Shown here in pieces: positions 19,587-28,630 of a stretch of DNA of 64,000 nt. The position numbers and the translations under genes are program-made. The notes beneath the pieces are model-generated. The model did no database searches and had not been told where the DNA came from. It saw only the letters and a program-made list of their open reading frames with translations. Position 1 is the stretch's first letter. Each line of letters starts with the position of its first letter. Source of the stretch: Oligoflexales bacterium (GTDB lineage: Bacteria > Bdellovibrionota_B > Oligoflexia > Oligoflexales > Bog-1112); assembly GCA_045105515.1 (NCBI GenBank), contig JBGCDR010000060.1, forward strand, positions 1-64,000, read 5' to 3'.

Positions 19587-20603
19587 CTAAAAACTAAGAT
19601 TCAAATAAGTTCCGTAAGAATATAATTTGATCCCTTTATTCGCAGACAATGCTCTGAAACCTACAAAAATCCTTTCATCTTGCCAAGTAAAATCTAACTG
19701 ACCAAAATTATTTTCTCCGGCTCTGCCTGCAATCCGGTACCGGTTAGGAAGCCCAACAGGGGTATTATGCGTAAGACCACTGGCCATGAACTCATATAGT
19801 GGCTTTCCATTTCTAAGGGTTTTACGACTTAATTCGCTATAGTGCCGGTCACCACTCAGCAATACCACAGGTTGTGAACATTGCTCTAGCAGCTCAAACA
19901 AGCGATTACGCTCAGATTGATAGCCGGCCCACCCCTCTAAGCCAAAGCCGCTATATTCAGAAAGAACTGCGAGTGAAGAAGCAAGTAAAATCAAGTCACC
20001 GGGACTGGAGATAATCTCCCTTGTGAGCCATTGCCACTGTTCTTCCCCCAACAAGCTATTTCCTTCTTTAAAGAACCGCATGTCAAGCAGAATAAGGTGC
20101 ACGCGCTTAGTATTACCTCCATAAACATAACTCTGATAAATGCCTTGACTATTTCTCAGAGAATGTTGCATGGGCAGTCGAAGAAAATCGCAGAACGCTT
20201 CTTGGCTTCTGTCTTTGTGCTCATAAGTGCCATCAGAATTATTAAAGGCAAAGTCATGATCGTCCCATATTCCTACCACAGGAAAGCTTTTTGCGAAGTC
20301 CTCATAATACCGGTTACTCTGAAGAGCCAAATATTCTAGTTGCCTTTCATCAGGGGATGCAAAATCTGCATAAATATTATCCCCTAACCAGATCCAAAGG
20401 TCTGGATTAGTTTGTGCTATATTTACCCAAAATTCTTGTGAGAGGTCTTGATCATTGCATGAGCCAAAACAGATTCTATTGAGTGAGTCTGTTATATAAT
20501 TTCTTCGAGAAGGTTCCCAAAGAGTCGCTCCAAAGCCATAGTGAGAGAGCCCCAGACCAAATGCCATGGAAGATTTTACAAAAATTCGCCGATCCAAAGC
20601 CAC
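19587..20603 (-). CDS. phoD: Alkaline phosphatase D family phosphoesterase, Tat-exported
   Basis: DRRIFVK twin-Arg signal; FGSC, WLGDNIYAD, WDDHD, LSGDRH. Confidence 0.85.
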   Translation of the reverse strand: MALDRRIFVKSSMAFGLGLSHYGFGATLWEPSRRNYITDSLNRICFGSCNDQDLSQEFWVNIAQTNPDLWIWLGDNIYADFASPDERQLEYLALQSNRYYEDFAKSFPVVGIWDDHDFAFNNSDGTYEHKDRSQEAFCDFLRLPMQHSLRNSQGIYQSYVYGGNTKRVHLILLDMRFFKEGNSLLGEEQWQWLTREIISSPGDLILLASSLAVLSEYSGFGLEGWAGYQSERNRLFELLEQCSQPVVLLSGDRHYSELSRKTLRNGKPLYEFMASGLTHNTPVGLPNRYRIAGRAGENNFGQLDFTWQDERIFVGFRALSANKGIKLYSYGTYLNLSF

Positions 20604-20768
20604 CGCCCTTCTTGGCCTCCAAAGAGTGGAAAATTTTTTTATAAACTAAACTAGGGATAGTTTAGTTCTGTTTCAAGAAAGGTGAATAAGGGATATGTTA
20701 AATAATATTAAATATAAAAGGAAGAGCAAAATCGAAAAATAGGGAATTAGTCTCGAAGAGACTAGGAG

Positions 20769-22409
20769 TTACTGGTTGAAAGGATTTTCATCGAATTCGT
20801 AGCCGTTTCCTCTCCCAAATCGATCATCATACTGAGCTCCATACCGGCCTCCACGTTGGTTGCCATACTGATTATTATCTCTTGCAATAGGACTACCATT
20901 TCCATCAAGTTCATAGTTTCCAGTTTGGACTAGCCTCTGTAACTCTAAGAACTTACGCTGCTTTTCAAGCAAAGGAATCTTTTTCTCGAAATCTTCTTGT
21001 TGTTTTTCCATAAATTCAATAGTCTTTTGCTGCACCCATTCTGAATCTCCATAAGGTCTTTTTAGCACAGCTAGAACCTGATCCAATGGTTCTGCAAATT
21101 TTGATTCCTTATCATCAATGTAGTCAAACTCTGTCAACCTTGGATCAATGCCTCGCAATTCGTCCAAACGGGCAATTGCAAACACTTGTACCAGCTTCTG
21201 TCCTAGTTTAATCATATGATCGTGAGAGTAGCCTTCAGTACTTGGAACAAAGTCATCTTTGATAAGCTGATGGTTGGAGAAGACTCCATCAAAGAAATTA
21301 CTCACTTCAAAGAAAATAGATTTATTTTCGCTACTTTTCTTCGAGCTTAGATTAATGATCGTATCGGTAATACTATTTTTTAGAAGTAACATTCTTACTT
21401 TCGCACTAGGAGTCTTAAAATTAATCCGGTCCTTAAATCTACGGTCCAGCTCACTAGTTTCACTAATTTTTTTTAAGGCTTCACCTACTTCAGCATTAAA
21501 ATTACAACTGAAAAAAAGCGCAAAATTTTCTTGGGAGCTTTCATAGTTCTTCTTAAAATAATTTTGAAACCCACTATTACTAGCAATTTTGTTTAAAAGA
21601 AAGTCGCCTTCTGATATATCAAGAATAATCTTATTGTTTTTATTTGAAACTCGCTTCAACCATTCAGTTATTTCTTTAAAAGTTGCTGTTTCATCTTGTT
21701 TCTGCCCTCTTATAGGTCGACCTCGTTCGAGGTTCATCTGATGACCACTTACACTGTAGACCTTAAATCCTTTCAAGTGAGCGAAAGACCTAGATACTGC
21801 AGACTTTCCTGTTCCTGCATCACCGTAGAATATGGCATTTTTAAGAGGATCTCCTTGTTGGATAGAGCGAAATGTACTCTCAACATGAAGCTTAGCTTCG
21901 TCAGTATGATCAAAAGTTAAGCTACTAAAGGATGCTGCTCCATCTGGGTGTTTTTTTCCTTTTACATTTACTTGAGATAAGCCTTTTGGAGTTTTGTGGT
22001 ATCCAAACAAACCAGCTGCTCCCCACCCTAATTTAGAACCTGCAGTCCCAAACTGTTCAAGACCTTCATTTATACCTCGGATATTAGGATCTGTAATGAT
22101 GGTAATAAGACCTAGGGTACTGGCACCCAAGATCCCTAAAGCAGGACTAATAAGACTACCTGCAGGCATTTTATTTAAAAACTCAAACTTCCCTAGTTGA
22201 GACCCTATTTGCAAAGAATCTTGAACATTTGCAACTAGGTTATTCGCCGCCAATCCGACTCCCCGCCTACGGAAAAAACTCTCTGCATCCCTACTATAAG
22301 CTATATTAGATACTAGTACGTTTAAAAGCAGTGAACAGATCATAAGACTTGCCGATGCTTTTAGCCATGAGCTTGAGGATTTTGAGATCTTTTTTTGTAT
22401 AGAGTCCAA
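20769..22409 (-). CDS. AAA+ ATPase-like protein with N-terminal signal/TM segments, ATAD3-like
   Basis: Walker A GDAGTGKS, degenerate Walker B IILDISEGD, sensor-1 FFSCN, LDRRF Arg finger, TEGYS; RBS GGAG before TTG. Confidence 0.75.
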   Translation of the reverse strand: MDSIQKKISKSSSSWLKASASLMICSLLLNVLVSNIAYSRDAESFFRRRGVGLAANNLVANVQDSLQIGSQLGKFEFLNKMPAGSLISPALGILGASTLGLITIITDPNIRGINEGLEQFGTAGSKLGWGAAGLFGYHKTPKGLSQVNVKGKKHPDGAASFSSLTFDHTDEAKLHVESTFRSIQQGDPLKNAIFYGDAGTGKSAVSRSFAHLKGFKVYSVSGHQMNLERGRPIRGQKQDETATFKEITEWLKRVSNKNNKIILDISEGDFLLNKIASNSGFQNYFKKNYESSQENFALFFSCNFNAEVGEALKKISETSELDRRFKDRINFKTPSAKVRMLLLKNSITDTIINLSSKKSSENKSIFFEVSNFFDGVFSNHQLIKDDFVPSTEGYSHDHMIKLGQKLVQVFAIARLDELRGIDPRLTEFDYIDDKESKFAEPLDQVLAVLKRPYGDSEWVQQKTIEFMEKQQEDFEKKIPLLEKQRKFLELQRLVQTGNYELDGNGSPIARDNNQYGNQRGGRYGAQYDDRFGRGNGYEFDENPFNQ

Positions 22410-23114
22410 GGTCTAATTCTCCGTAATTCAAAACTTTTTATAAGATGAAAACCTTACAATAAGATTAAAACATTACATGTTTACTAGTCGGATTGAATGC
22501 TATGAAGGAATAAACGACATACCTAAGCTCTTTCTCTTTATAAGTCTCAGTTGTGCTTACCCTTTTTGGCTTCCGATCTAAACGTGATGGCAATCTACAC
22601 TAAATTCAACCAAAAATAAAGATGGTATTTTGAATTAACCATAAAATTAGATAGTTAATCCAACAAAAAGGATAACTTTACTTCATATATAAGAGGGATA
22701 GAATATGACAATAGAAAGCAAATAATTCCAAGATTATGCAAAATCCAAGGAGCTCAGGAAAGCAAAGAGAGATCTAGTTAGTTAAACAATAACTGAATGA
22801 TACTAACCAACAAGGTCTCTCCAGAGAGATTTCACACCCTTCAACTGTTTTTTTTGGCGAATGAATAAATCATAAAAAATTGTGAGCGAATTGACCAAGC
22901 CAAATAGGAGAACCATAAGCTTTACTGAGAACATTTAAGTAACCCCAAAAAACCCGTCAAATTGACATATTGGTTTTAAATAAATTCCTTGGTTAATGAT
23001 AGACGGATTTTTGTACAGAAAGATGACTTACCATATAAGGCAAACCATAAACTGAGAAGCTATTTTGGAGCGCAAAAAATTTAGATCTGAGCTCGTGGCT
23101 CAATTTAAAAGGAA

Positions 23115-24530
23115 CTAGTCTAAAAGGAAAGGTCCCCATCGAGGAGTTTGCGCTTGATATAGGCCTGTACTGATCAACCTCTGACTACTACCGTCACGAT
23201 TCATAATATAAAGTTGTGAGCGGCCTTTGTGATTCGAGTCACCGATCCGATTGGAATGAAACATTATCAACTGACCATTAGGTGACCAAGATGGTGATTC
23301 ATTGTCTCCAGACTTTATAGTCAAACGTTCAAGCTTAGTTCCATCATGATTCATTAAGAAAAGATCAAAACGCCCAATATCACGATCAAAGCCAGCAAAT
23401 GCGATTTTTTCGGAATCAGGAGACCAAGCAGGAGTTGCATTATACCAACCTGCATAAGTAAGCCTTTTATCTCCTACCACTTTGACTTGAGATTTATCAA
23501 GATTCCATTCAAGCTGTGCTCTAAAAATATGCGGATTTCCGTAGCGACCTGAAACAAAAGCTAGCCATTTGCCATCTGGTGAAAATGAAGGATCTACATC
23601 GATACCATGTCCCTGTAGCAAAGGCATTCTGTGACTAGATTTTTGCAAAGATTTTAGATATATTTCAGTGTTTCCTCTAATTGAACCAGAAAAAGCCACT
23701 AGCTTTCCATTAGCAGAAAAGACTCCCCCACTATTTAAGCCTTTGTAGGCAGCTAATCCTTCAACTTTGTTAGTTTTCATATCAAGCATATAGAGATCAG
23801 GGTTTCCTGATTCGTAGGAAGTAAATAGCAGCTTTGAACCATCTGGGCTCCAGGACGGAGCAAGGTGCAAGGCCTTTGTAAAGGTGACTTGACGAAGATT
23901 TTTGCCATCTACATCACAGATATAAACCTGCTTATCAGAGTTTTTAGTCTTTCTACCTATAAAAGCTATTTTACTAGAAAATATTCCTGGCTTTCCAGTG
24001 TAAGCAGCTAAAACTCGATCTACATACTGCTTCATAACCATATCAAGATCTTGAAGGTCTTTGACTGTGTATGCTTTACCAACAAGCCTTTCGCCCTTGT
24101 TCAAATCAGCAGTGCGAAGCTCAATCCGGTAACTTCCATCTGCTTGCTTATTGATACTACCTACTGTTAAGGATTCAACCCCGATACTCTTCCACTCAAG
24201 AAAGTTATAACCTTCAAAGCCTGCGATAGTTCCTGATACTAGTTTATTATCTTTTGTAGTCTTTATCCCTTGGTAAGCGAGCTGGTCAATCACTCGAAAA
24301 TATCCGCTAAACTCCAACAGTTTTGACAAGTCCACAGCAGCTTTTTTACCCCACTTTTTAAGGTTTTCGTCTGACTGAGGCGAAATATTAAAATTCGGAG
24401 TCGCTACTACCAATTTACGAAACTTAGGATTATCGATATCAACAACGATTGTATTTGCTTCACTTTTTGCTACAGCGCTAGCCACAACATAAGGAAGTAA
24501 TACTGCAAACAATAAAAAACTAAACTTCAC
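23115..24530 (-). CDS. tolB: Tol-Pal system beta-propeller protein TolB
   Basis: TolB N-domain, TGKPGIFSSKIAF, repeated PSWSPDG (PD40). Start GTG 24530 with RBS AGGAGG. Confidence 0.9.
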   Translation of the reverse strand: MKFSFLLFAVLLPYVVASAVAKSEANTIVVDIDNPKFRKLVVATPNFNISPQSDENLKKWGKKAAVDLSKLLEFSGYFRVIDQLAYQGIKTTKDNKLVSGTIAGFEGYNFLEWKSIGVESLTVGSINKQADGSYRIELRTADLNKGERLVGKAYTVKDLQDLDMVMKQYVDRVLAAYTGKPGIFSSKIAFIGRKTKNSDKQVYICDVDGKNLRQVTFTKALHLAPSWSPDGSKLLFTSYESGNPDLYMLDMKTNKVEGLAAYKGLNSGGVFSANGKLVAFSGSIRGNTEIYLKSLQKSSHRMPLLQGHGIDVDPSFSPDGKWLAFVSGRYGNPHIFRAQLEWNLDKSQVKVVGDKRLTYAGWYNATPAWSPDSEKIAFAGFDRDIGRFDLFLMNHDGTKLERLTIKSGDNESPSWSPNGQLIMFHSNRIGDSNHKGRSQLYIMNRDGSSQRLISTGLYQAQTPRWGPFLLD

Positions 24531-24546
24531 ATTTCCTCCTAACAAA

Positions 24547-25410
24547 CTACATAGGTGTTGGATCAAACCTAAAGCGTATTGGTTTACCCCAAATTTCTTT
24601 CGGGGGCTTAGGAAAAGGGGCCGCATCTTGGACTGTTTTCAATGCGAGTTTATCCATAGCAAGATTCTTTGAAGACTGATGGAGCGTCAATTCTTGAATT
24701 TTTCCAGATTTACCAATAATAATAACGAGAATAGGCATCTGACCCGTTTCAATCCGGTAAACACCAGGCAAACTATAAGTTCTTGAAATTTTATTGGTAA
24801 TAGCAACAATATAAGGATGATTCTTGGTAACTTTGCCCCCTTTATGAGTCGTAGAATCACCAGCAAGCTCACCCTTTCGTTGCTTAATAATAGAATCAAT
24901 TTTTTGTTTTTCTTGCTTAGCTTTTTTTATCGCAAGCGTCTCTTGTCTTTCCTGTTCTTTTTTAAGACGTTTCATCAGGTCTTCCTTGAAGAGTTTGGTA
25001 GCATCATCTTCCGGCTTTGCTTTCGCCACTTCAAGCTCTTCCTCAGTTTCTTTGACTGGTTTTTCCCCTTCTGTTAATTGCGGTATAAGCTTATCGTCTT
25101 GGCCTTTAGGCTCATCTTTTTGCTCTTTTATTGAAAACTTTTTCGGAAGCTGCGGTAACATAGGCCTTTTTTCTTCTTCCTTTTTCAAACTTTTAGCTGG
25201 TTCGTGTACCTTGCCTTTTGGTAATTCTAAGCCCGAAATATCAGCCTCAATTGCCCACTCTTCTAAAGGAGCAGGATTCGGTTCCAGCCACTTACTAGGC
25301 TTTAGAAAAAATCCTCCAAAATGCAATGCCAAGGAAGCAAAAAGAACCCACCTTAGAATCTTTGCCTCTAACTTTTGTGCCTCAGGTTTGTCAAAACTTT
25401 GAGCTGCCAA
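24547..25410 (-). CDS. tolA: TolA/TonB-family energy transducer
   Basis: N-terminal TM with S-x3-H (SLALH), Lys/Glu-rich linker, TonB_C-like domain (SSKNLAMDKLAL...AAPFPKPP); lies between tolR and tolB. Confidence 0.75.
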   Translation of the reverse strand: MAAQSFDKPEAQKLEAKILRWVLFASLALHFGGFFLKPSKWLEPNPAPLEEWAIEADISGLELPKGKVHEPAKSLKKEEEKRPMLPQLPKKFSIKEQKDEPKGQDDKLIPQLTEGEKPVKETEEELEVAKAKPEDDATKLFKEDLMKRLKKEQERQETLAIKKAKQEKQKIDSIIKQRKGELAGDSTTHKGGKVTKNHPYIVAITNKISRTYSLPGVYRIETGQMPILVIIIGKSGKIQELTLHQSSKNLAMDKLALKTVQDAAPFPKPPKEIWGKPIRFRFDPTPM

Positions 25411-25423
25411 TCACAATCTCCGA

Positions 25424-25894
25424 TCACAAGGTCTTCAAAGCTTTGCTCTTATTTTTATTGGAAGCTGCTGTCTGGTAAGGACTTGTAAGCATGGAAAGTT
25501 TTGACACTCCCGCAAGCTTTGCCGCTCCCATAGCATCAATTACACTGCCGTAACGCACCCGTTTATCCGCTCTAATATACATTTCTTTCTTATCACGAAC
25601 CGCAAATATAGCCTGTATTTTAGCTTCTAGCTGTTCGGGAGGAATTTTCTGCTTATCAAGAAAAAACCCGCCATCTGCATTAATTGAAAGGATAATACGG
25701 GACTCATCAACAGTTCCCCCTTTCGCTTTACTTTTAGGGAGCTGCACACCAATTCCACTGATAGAAAGTGGTGCTGCTACCATAAAAATGATGAGGAGAA
25801 CCAGCATAATATCAACAAGAGGGATGATATTAATTTCGGCCATATCTTGGTGCTCTTCATCATGTCCAGATGACGGTCCTATTCTAAAAGCCAT
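25424..25894 (-). CDS. tolR: TolR/ExbD
   Basis: EINIIPLVDIMLVLLIIFMVAAP, IRAD..V.YG. Confidence 0.88.
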   Translation of the reverse strand: MAFRIGPSSGHDEEHQDMAEINIIPLVDIMLVLLIIFMVAAPLSISGIGVQLPKSKAKGGTVDESRIILSINADGGFFLDKQKIPPEQLEAKIQAIFAVRDKKEMYIRADKRVRYGSVIDAMGAAKLAGVSKLSMLTSPYQTAASNKNKSKALKTL

Positions 25895-25897
25895 ATC

Positions 25898-26761
25898 CTA
25901 TATCCTCGGTGCTTGCTCTGAAGCTCCACCACCTTGCGGCTTGCTTCGATCGGAAACTAAATAGCGTTCAACGATATTTAAAAAATCAAAGCCAAAACCA
26001 TCCATATGCGACATCATTCCTCGAATCTTATTTGCAGCAATGTTATAACCTACTACTGCAGGTATTGCTGCGGCAAGACCAAAAGCTGTAGCAATCAAAG
26101 CCTCTGAAATCCCGGGCGCTACTGCTGCTAAACTTGAGCTACCCGTCCTTGCAATACCCTCAAAGGCTGTCATAATACCCCAAACTGTTCCAAATAAACC
26201 TATAAAAGGACAAGCTGAAGCGCTGATCGCTAGTACAGGTAAATAGCGTTCGAGCTGTCTTTTTTCATACTGTTTAGACTTATGAAGCGTCCTGGTCAAA
26301 TTGTCGACGGCAGCATTAATAGCAATGTCCGAAGTTACCGCACTTTCTTTCATTTGACTTCCACGTACTAATTCTGCGTAGCCATTACGAAACACCTCGC
26401 GCAGGGGGCTATAAGGATGTTCGCTCAATCTCCCATTAAGGTCATTGAGCGAACGACTATCCCAAAAACTCTTAGTAAAATCTTTGCAATTAACTTCGAT
26501 ACGGCGAAGGTAAAGCCACTTTGCAAAGAAAATAGCCCAAGTGAGAACAGACATGGTCACAAGGATAAAGAGGACCAAACTTACCACTGGCCCTGCTTCA
26601 AACATCCTTTGAATAAGAGTTGGTGAAGAAATAGCGACTTCTTGTGGTAGAGGAGAGGTTTCTGTCTGAGCAAACATAGCTTCTGTGAATAATAGCCATG
26701 GAAGCATTAATTTAACTGGGGAGCCCACCCTTATAGTGTGTGTAAGCAAGCGTAAATACAT
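25898..26761 (-). CDS. tolQ: TolQ/ExbB (MotA family proton channel)
   Basis: PFIGLFGTVWGIM, VAPGISEALIATAFGLAAAIPAV. True start may be ATG 26707. Confidence 0.9.
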   Translation of the reverse strand: MYLRLLTHTIRVGSPVKLMLPWLLFTEAMFAQTETSPLPQEVAISSPTLIQRMFEAGPVVSLVLFILVTMSVLTWAIFFAKWLYLRRIEVNCKDFTKSFWDSRSLNDLNGRLSEHPYSPLREVFRNGYAELVRGSQMKESAVTSDIAINAAVDNLTRTLHKSKQYEKRQLERYLPVLAISASACPFIGLFGTVWGIMTAFEGIARTGSSSLAAVAPGISEALIATAFGLAAAIPAVVGYNIAANKIRGMMSHMDGFGFDFLNIVERYLVSDRSKPQGGGASEQAPRI

Positions 26762-26991
26762 GAATGGATACCTTCCAAGAAAAAAAAGAACTTATATATA
26801 ATATTGAGTGTAAGGTGGTTATGAAAAAATGATAACCTGTGAGATTAAGTCAGTCAAAACACCAGCGAAAGCTCGATGCGCCGATCCTCACAAAGCATTT
26901 ATTTTATGAACCAAACTGCAGGAACTCAGACTATTACAATGCTAAGAGCGGGAAAAGGCCAAAATGCGTCTTAGAGCTCAGATAGTATATA

Positions 26992-28281
26992 CTACATCCT
27001 CTCACTCAACGGCACATAAGACGACTTTATTTCACCTGTGTAGATTTGCCTTGGCCTTCCAATACGCCCATCACCTTCTTGATTCATTTCCTTCCAGTGA
27101 GCTATCCAACCTGGCAATCGCCCCAATGAGAACATTACCGTATACATGTTGACTGGGATATTAAGCGCGCGGTAAAGCACCCCCGAATAGAAATCAACAT
27201 TGGGAAATAGCTTGCGTTCCGTAAAGTACGGATCATTTAGAGCTTCTTCCTCAAGCCTCTTAGCTATATCTAAGAGAGGATCATGAAGATTAAGCCTAGC
27301 TAACAGTTTATCACACTGCTCCTTAATCACAGCCGCACGAGGATCAAAATTTTTATAGACCCTATGTCCAAAACCCATCAAACGGAAAGGATTATCGCGA
27401 TCTTTAGCAGCTGCTATTGCTGCTTTAACATCCCCACCATTTTTTCGAATTAGCTCAAGCATCTCGACCACCGCTTGATTTGCTCCACCGTGTTTTGGAC
27501 CCCACAATGCACAGATTCCAGCTGCAATTGAAGCAAATAAATTAGCATCTGAAGAGCCAACGAGCCGCACTGTGGAAGTCGAACAATTTTGCTCATGATC
27601 AGCATGTAAGATCAAAAGCATGTTGAGAGCAGCAGAAATTTCAGGGTCCACTTCATAGGGCTCAGAAGGCACTGCGAACATCATATATAAAAAATTCTCG
27701 CAATACCTCAATGAATTTTTGGGGTAAACCACCGGTTGACCAATTGACTTTTTATATGAATAAGCTGCTATAGTTCGTATTTTAGACAATACCCTAGGAA
27801 TTAAATGCTCTACTTGCTCTGGATCATTGGGGTCTAAGGAGTCCGGATAATATGCTGAAAGCGAGCAAACCATGGATGAAAGTATAGCCATGGGATGGGC
27901 TGTAGAGGGGTATCCATCATAAAAGTGTAGCATATCCTCATGAATTAATGAGTGATAGCGCAGTTTATCGCTAAATTCCTCTAGATCTTGCTTTGTCGGT
28001 AGATGCCCATTAATTAGAAGATAACTTGTCTCAACAAAGGTCGAGTTGACTGCAAGCTCTTCAATGGGAATTCCCCTATACCGGAGAATTCCTTTTTCTC
28101 CATCGATATAGGTTATGGAACTACGGCAGGCTCCTGTATTTCCGAAACCTGAATCTAGTGTGATATGGCCACTCTCCGCCCGGAGTTTCCGAATATCAAT
28201 AGCCTTATCACCAATGCTTCCCTCAACCATCGGAAGCTGGTAGGCCTTACCTTTGATTTTAAGTTCTGCTGTTTCGTTCAT
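26992..28281 (-). CDS. gltA: Citrate synthase (type II)
   Basis: ITYIDGEKGILRYRG, HADHEQNCST, HGGAN, LMGFGHRVYKNFDPRA, PNVDFYSG, IGRPRQ. Confidence 0.97.
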   Translation of the reverse strand: MNETAELKIKGKAYQLPMVEGSIGDKAIDIRKLRAESGHITLDSGFGNTGACRSSITYIDGEKGILRYRGIPIEELAVNSTFVETSYLLINGHLPTKQDLEEFSDKLRYHSLIHEDMLHFYDGYPSTAHPMAILSSMVCSLSAYYPDSLDPNDPEQVEHLIPRVLSKIRTIAAYSYKKSIGQPVVYPKNSLRYCENFLYMMFAVPSEPYEVDPEISAALNMLLILHADHEQNCSTSTVRLVGSSDANLFASIAAGICALWGPKHGGANQAVVEMLELIRKNGGDVKAAIAAAKDRDNPFRLMGFGHRVYKNFDPRAAVIKEQCDKLLARLNLHDPLLDIAKRLEEEALNDPYFTERKLFPNVDFYSGVLYRALNIPVNMYTVMFSLGRLPGWIAHWKEMNQEGDGRIGRPRQIYTGEIKSSYVPLSERM

Positions 28282-28484
28282 ACTGCATACTCTCCTGTAA
28301 AATCGGGCCTTAAGCTACCCTATAATGGTGAACCTGACCAATGGTATTGCCGCAAAATAAAAAGAAATCCTCGCAACCTCTAAGCTATATAGTTGCCTCG
28401 AGATTCGGTTTGCATATTTTCAAAATTAGCTGCCATACAAAATGCGATATCTTCTAGCGACAATCCACTTTCCATGCTTTAGAC

Positions 28485-28568
28485 TAGGGCGGATGGTGTC
28501 CCCTTGGGGGTATACCCATGGCGTTTTTAACTAACGCGGTAGGGTTTTTTTCTTCATTTACCCGCCTA
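28485..28568. ncRNA. Unassigned multi-stem (four-way junction) structured element in the gltA-polA divergent spacer
   Basis: Closing stem GGCG/CGCC enclosing three hairpins: ATGG..CCCC-TTG-GGGG..CCAT, GCGTT-N7-AACGC and GGTAG..TTACC. GC-rich relative to the spacer. Confidence 0.35.
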
Positions 28569-28630
28569 AATTGGGGTCGGCTAAAGAAGAGATATCATGA
28601 GACTTGTATATCAATTGAAAGAATTTTTCG

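Noticed and set aside
22485..22512. Possible ninth sigma28 promoter upstream of the AAA gene (TCCGACTA on the minus strand)
   Set aside because: The -35 position reads TATT, too weak to include.
24531..24626. N-terminal extension of TolB overlapping tolA in the ORF track
   Set aside because: AGGAGG plus GTG at 24530 gives a clean signal peptide and removes the overlap.
24986..25402. 138-aa plus-strand ORF and the many other 60-135 aa ORFs nested in larger genes
   Set aside because: Antisense or off-frame shadows of well-supported CDSs, with no motifs.
28485..28568. Cloverleaf-like fold as a tRNA
   Set aside because: No T-loop GTTCRA, no D-loop consensus and wrong arm sizes; retained only as an unassigned structure.
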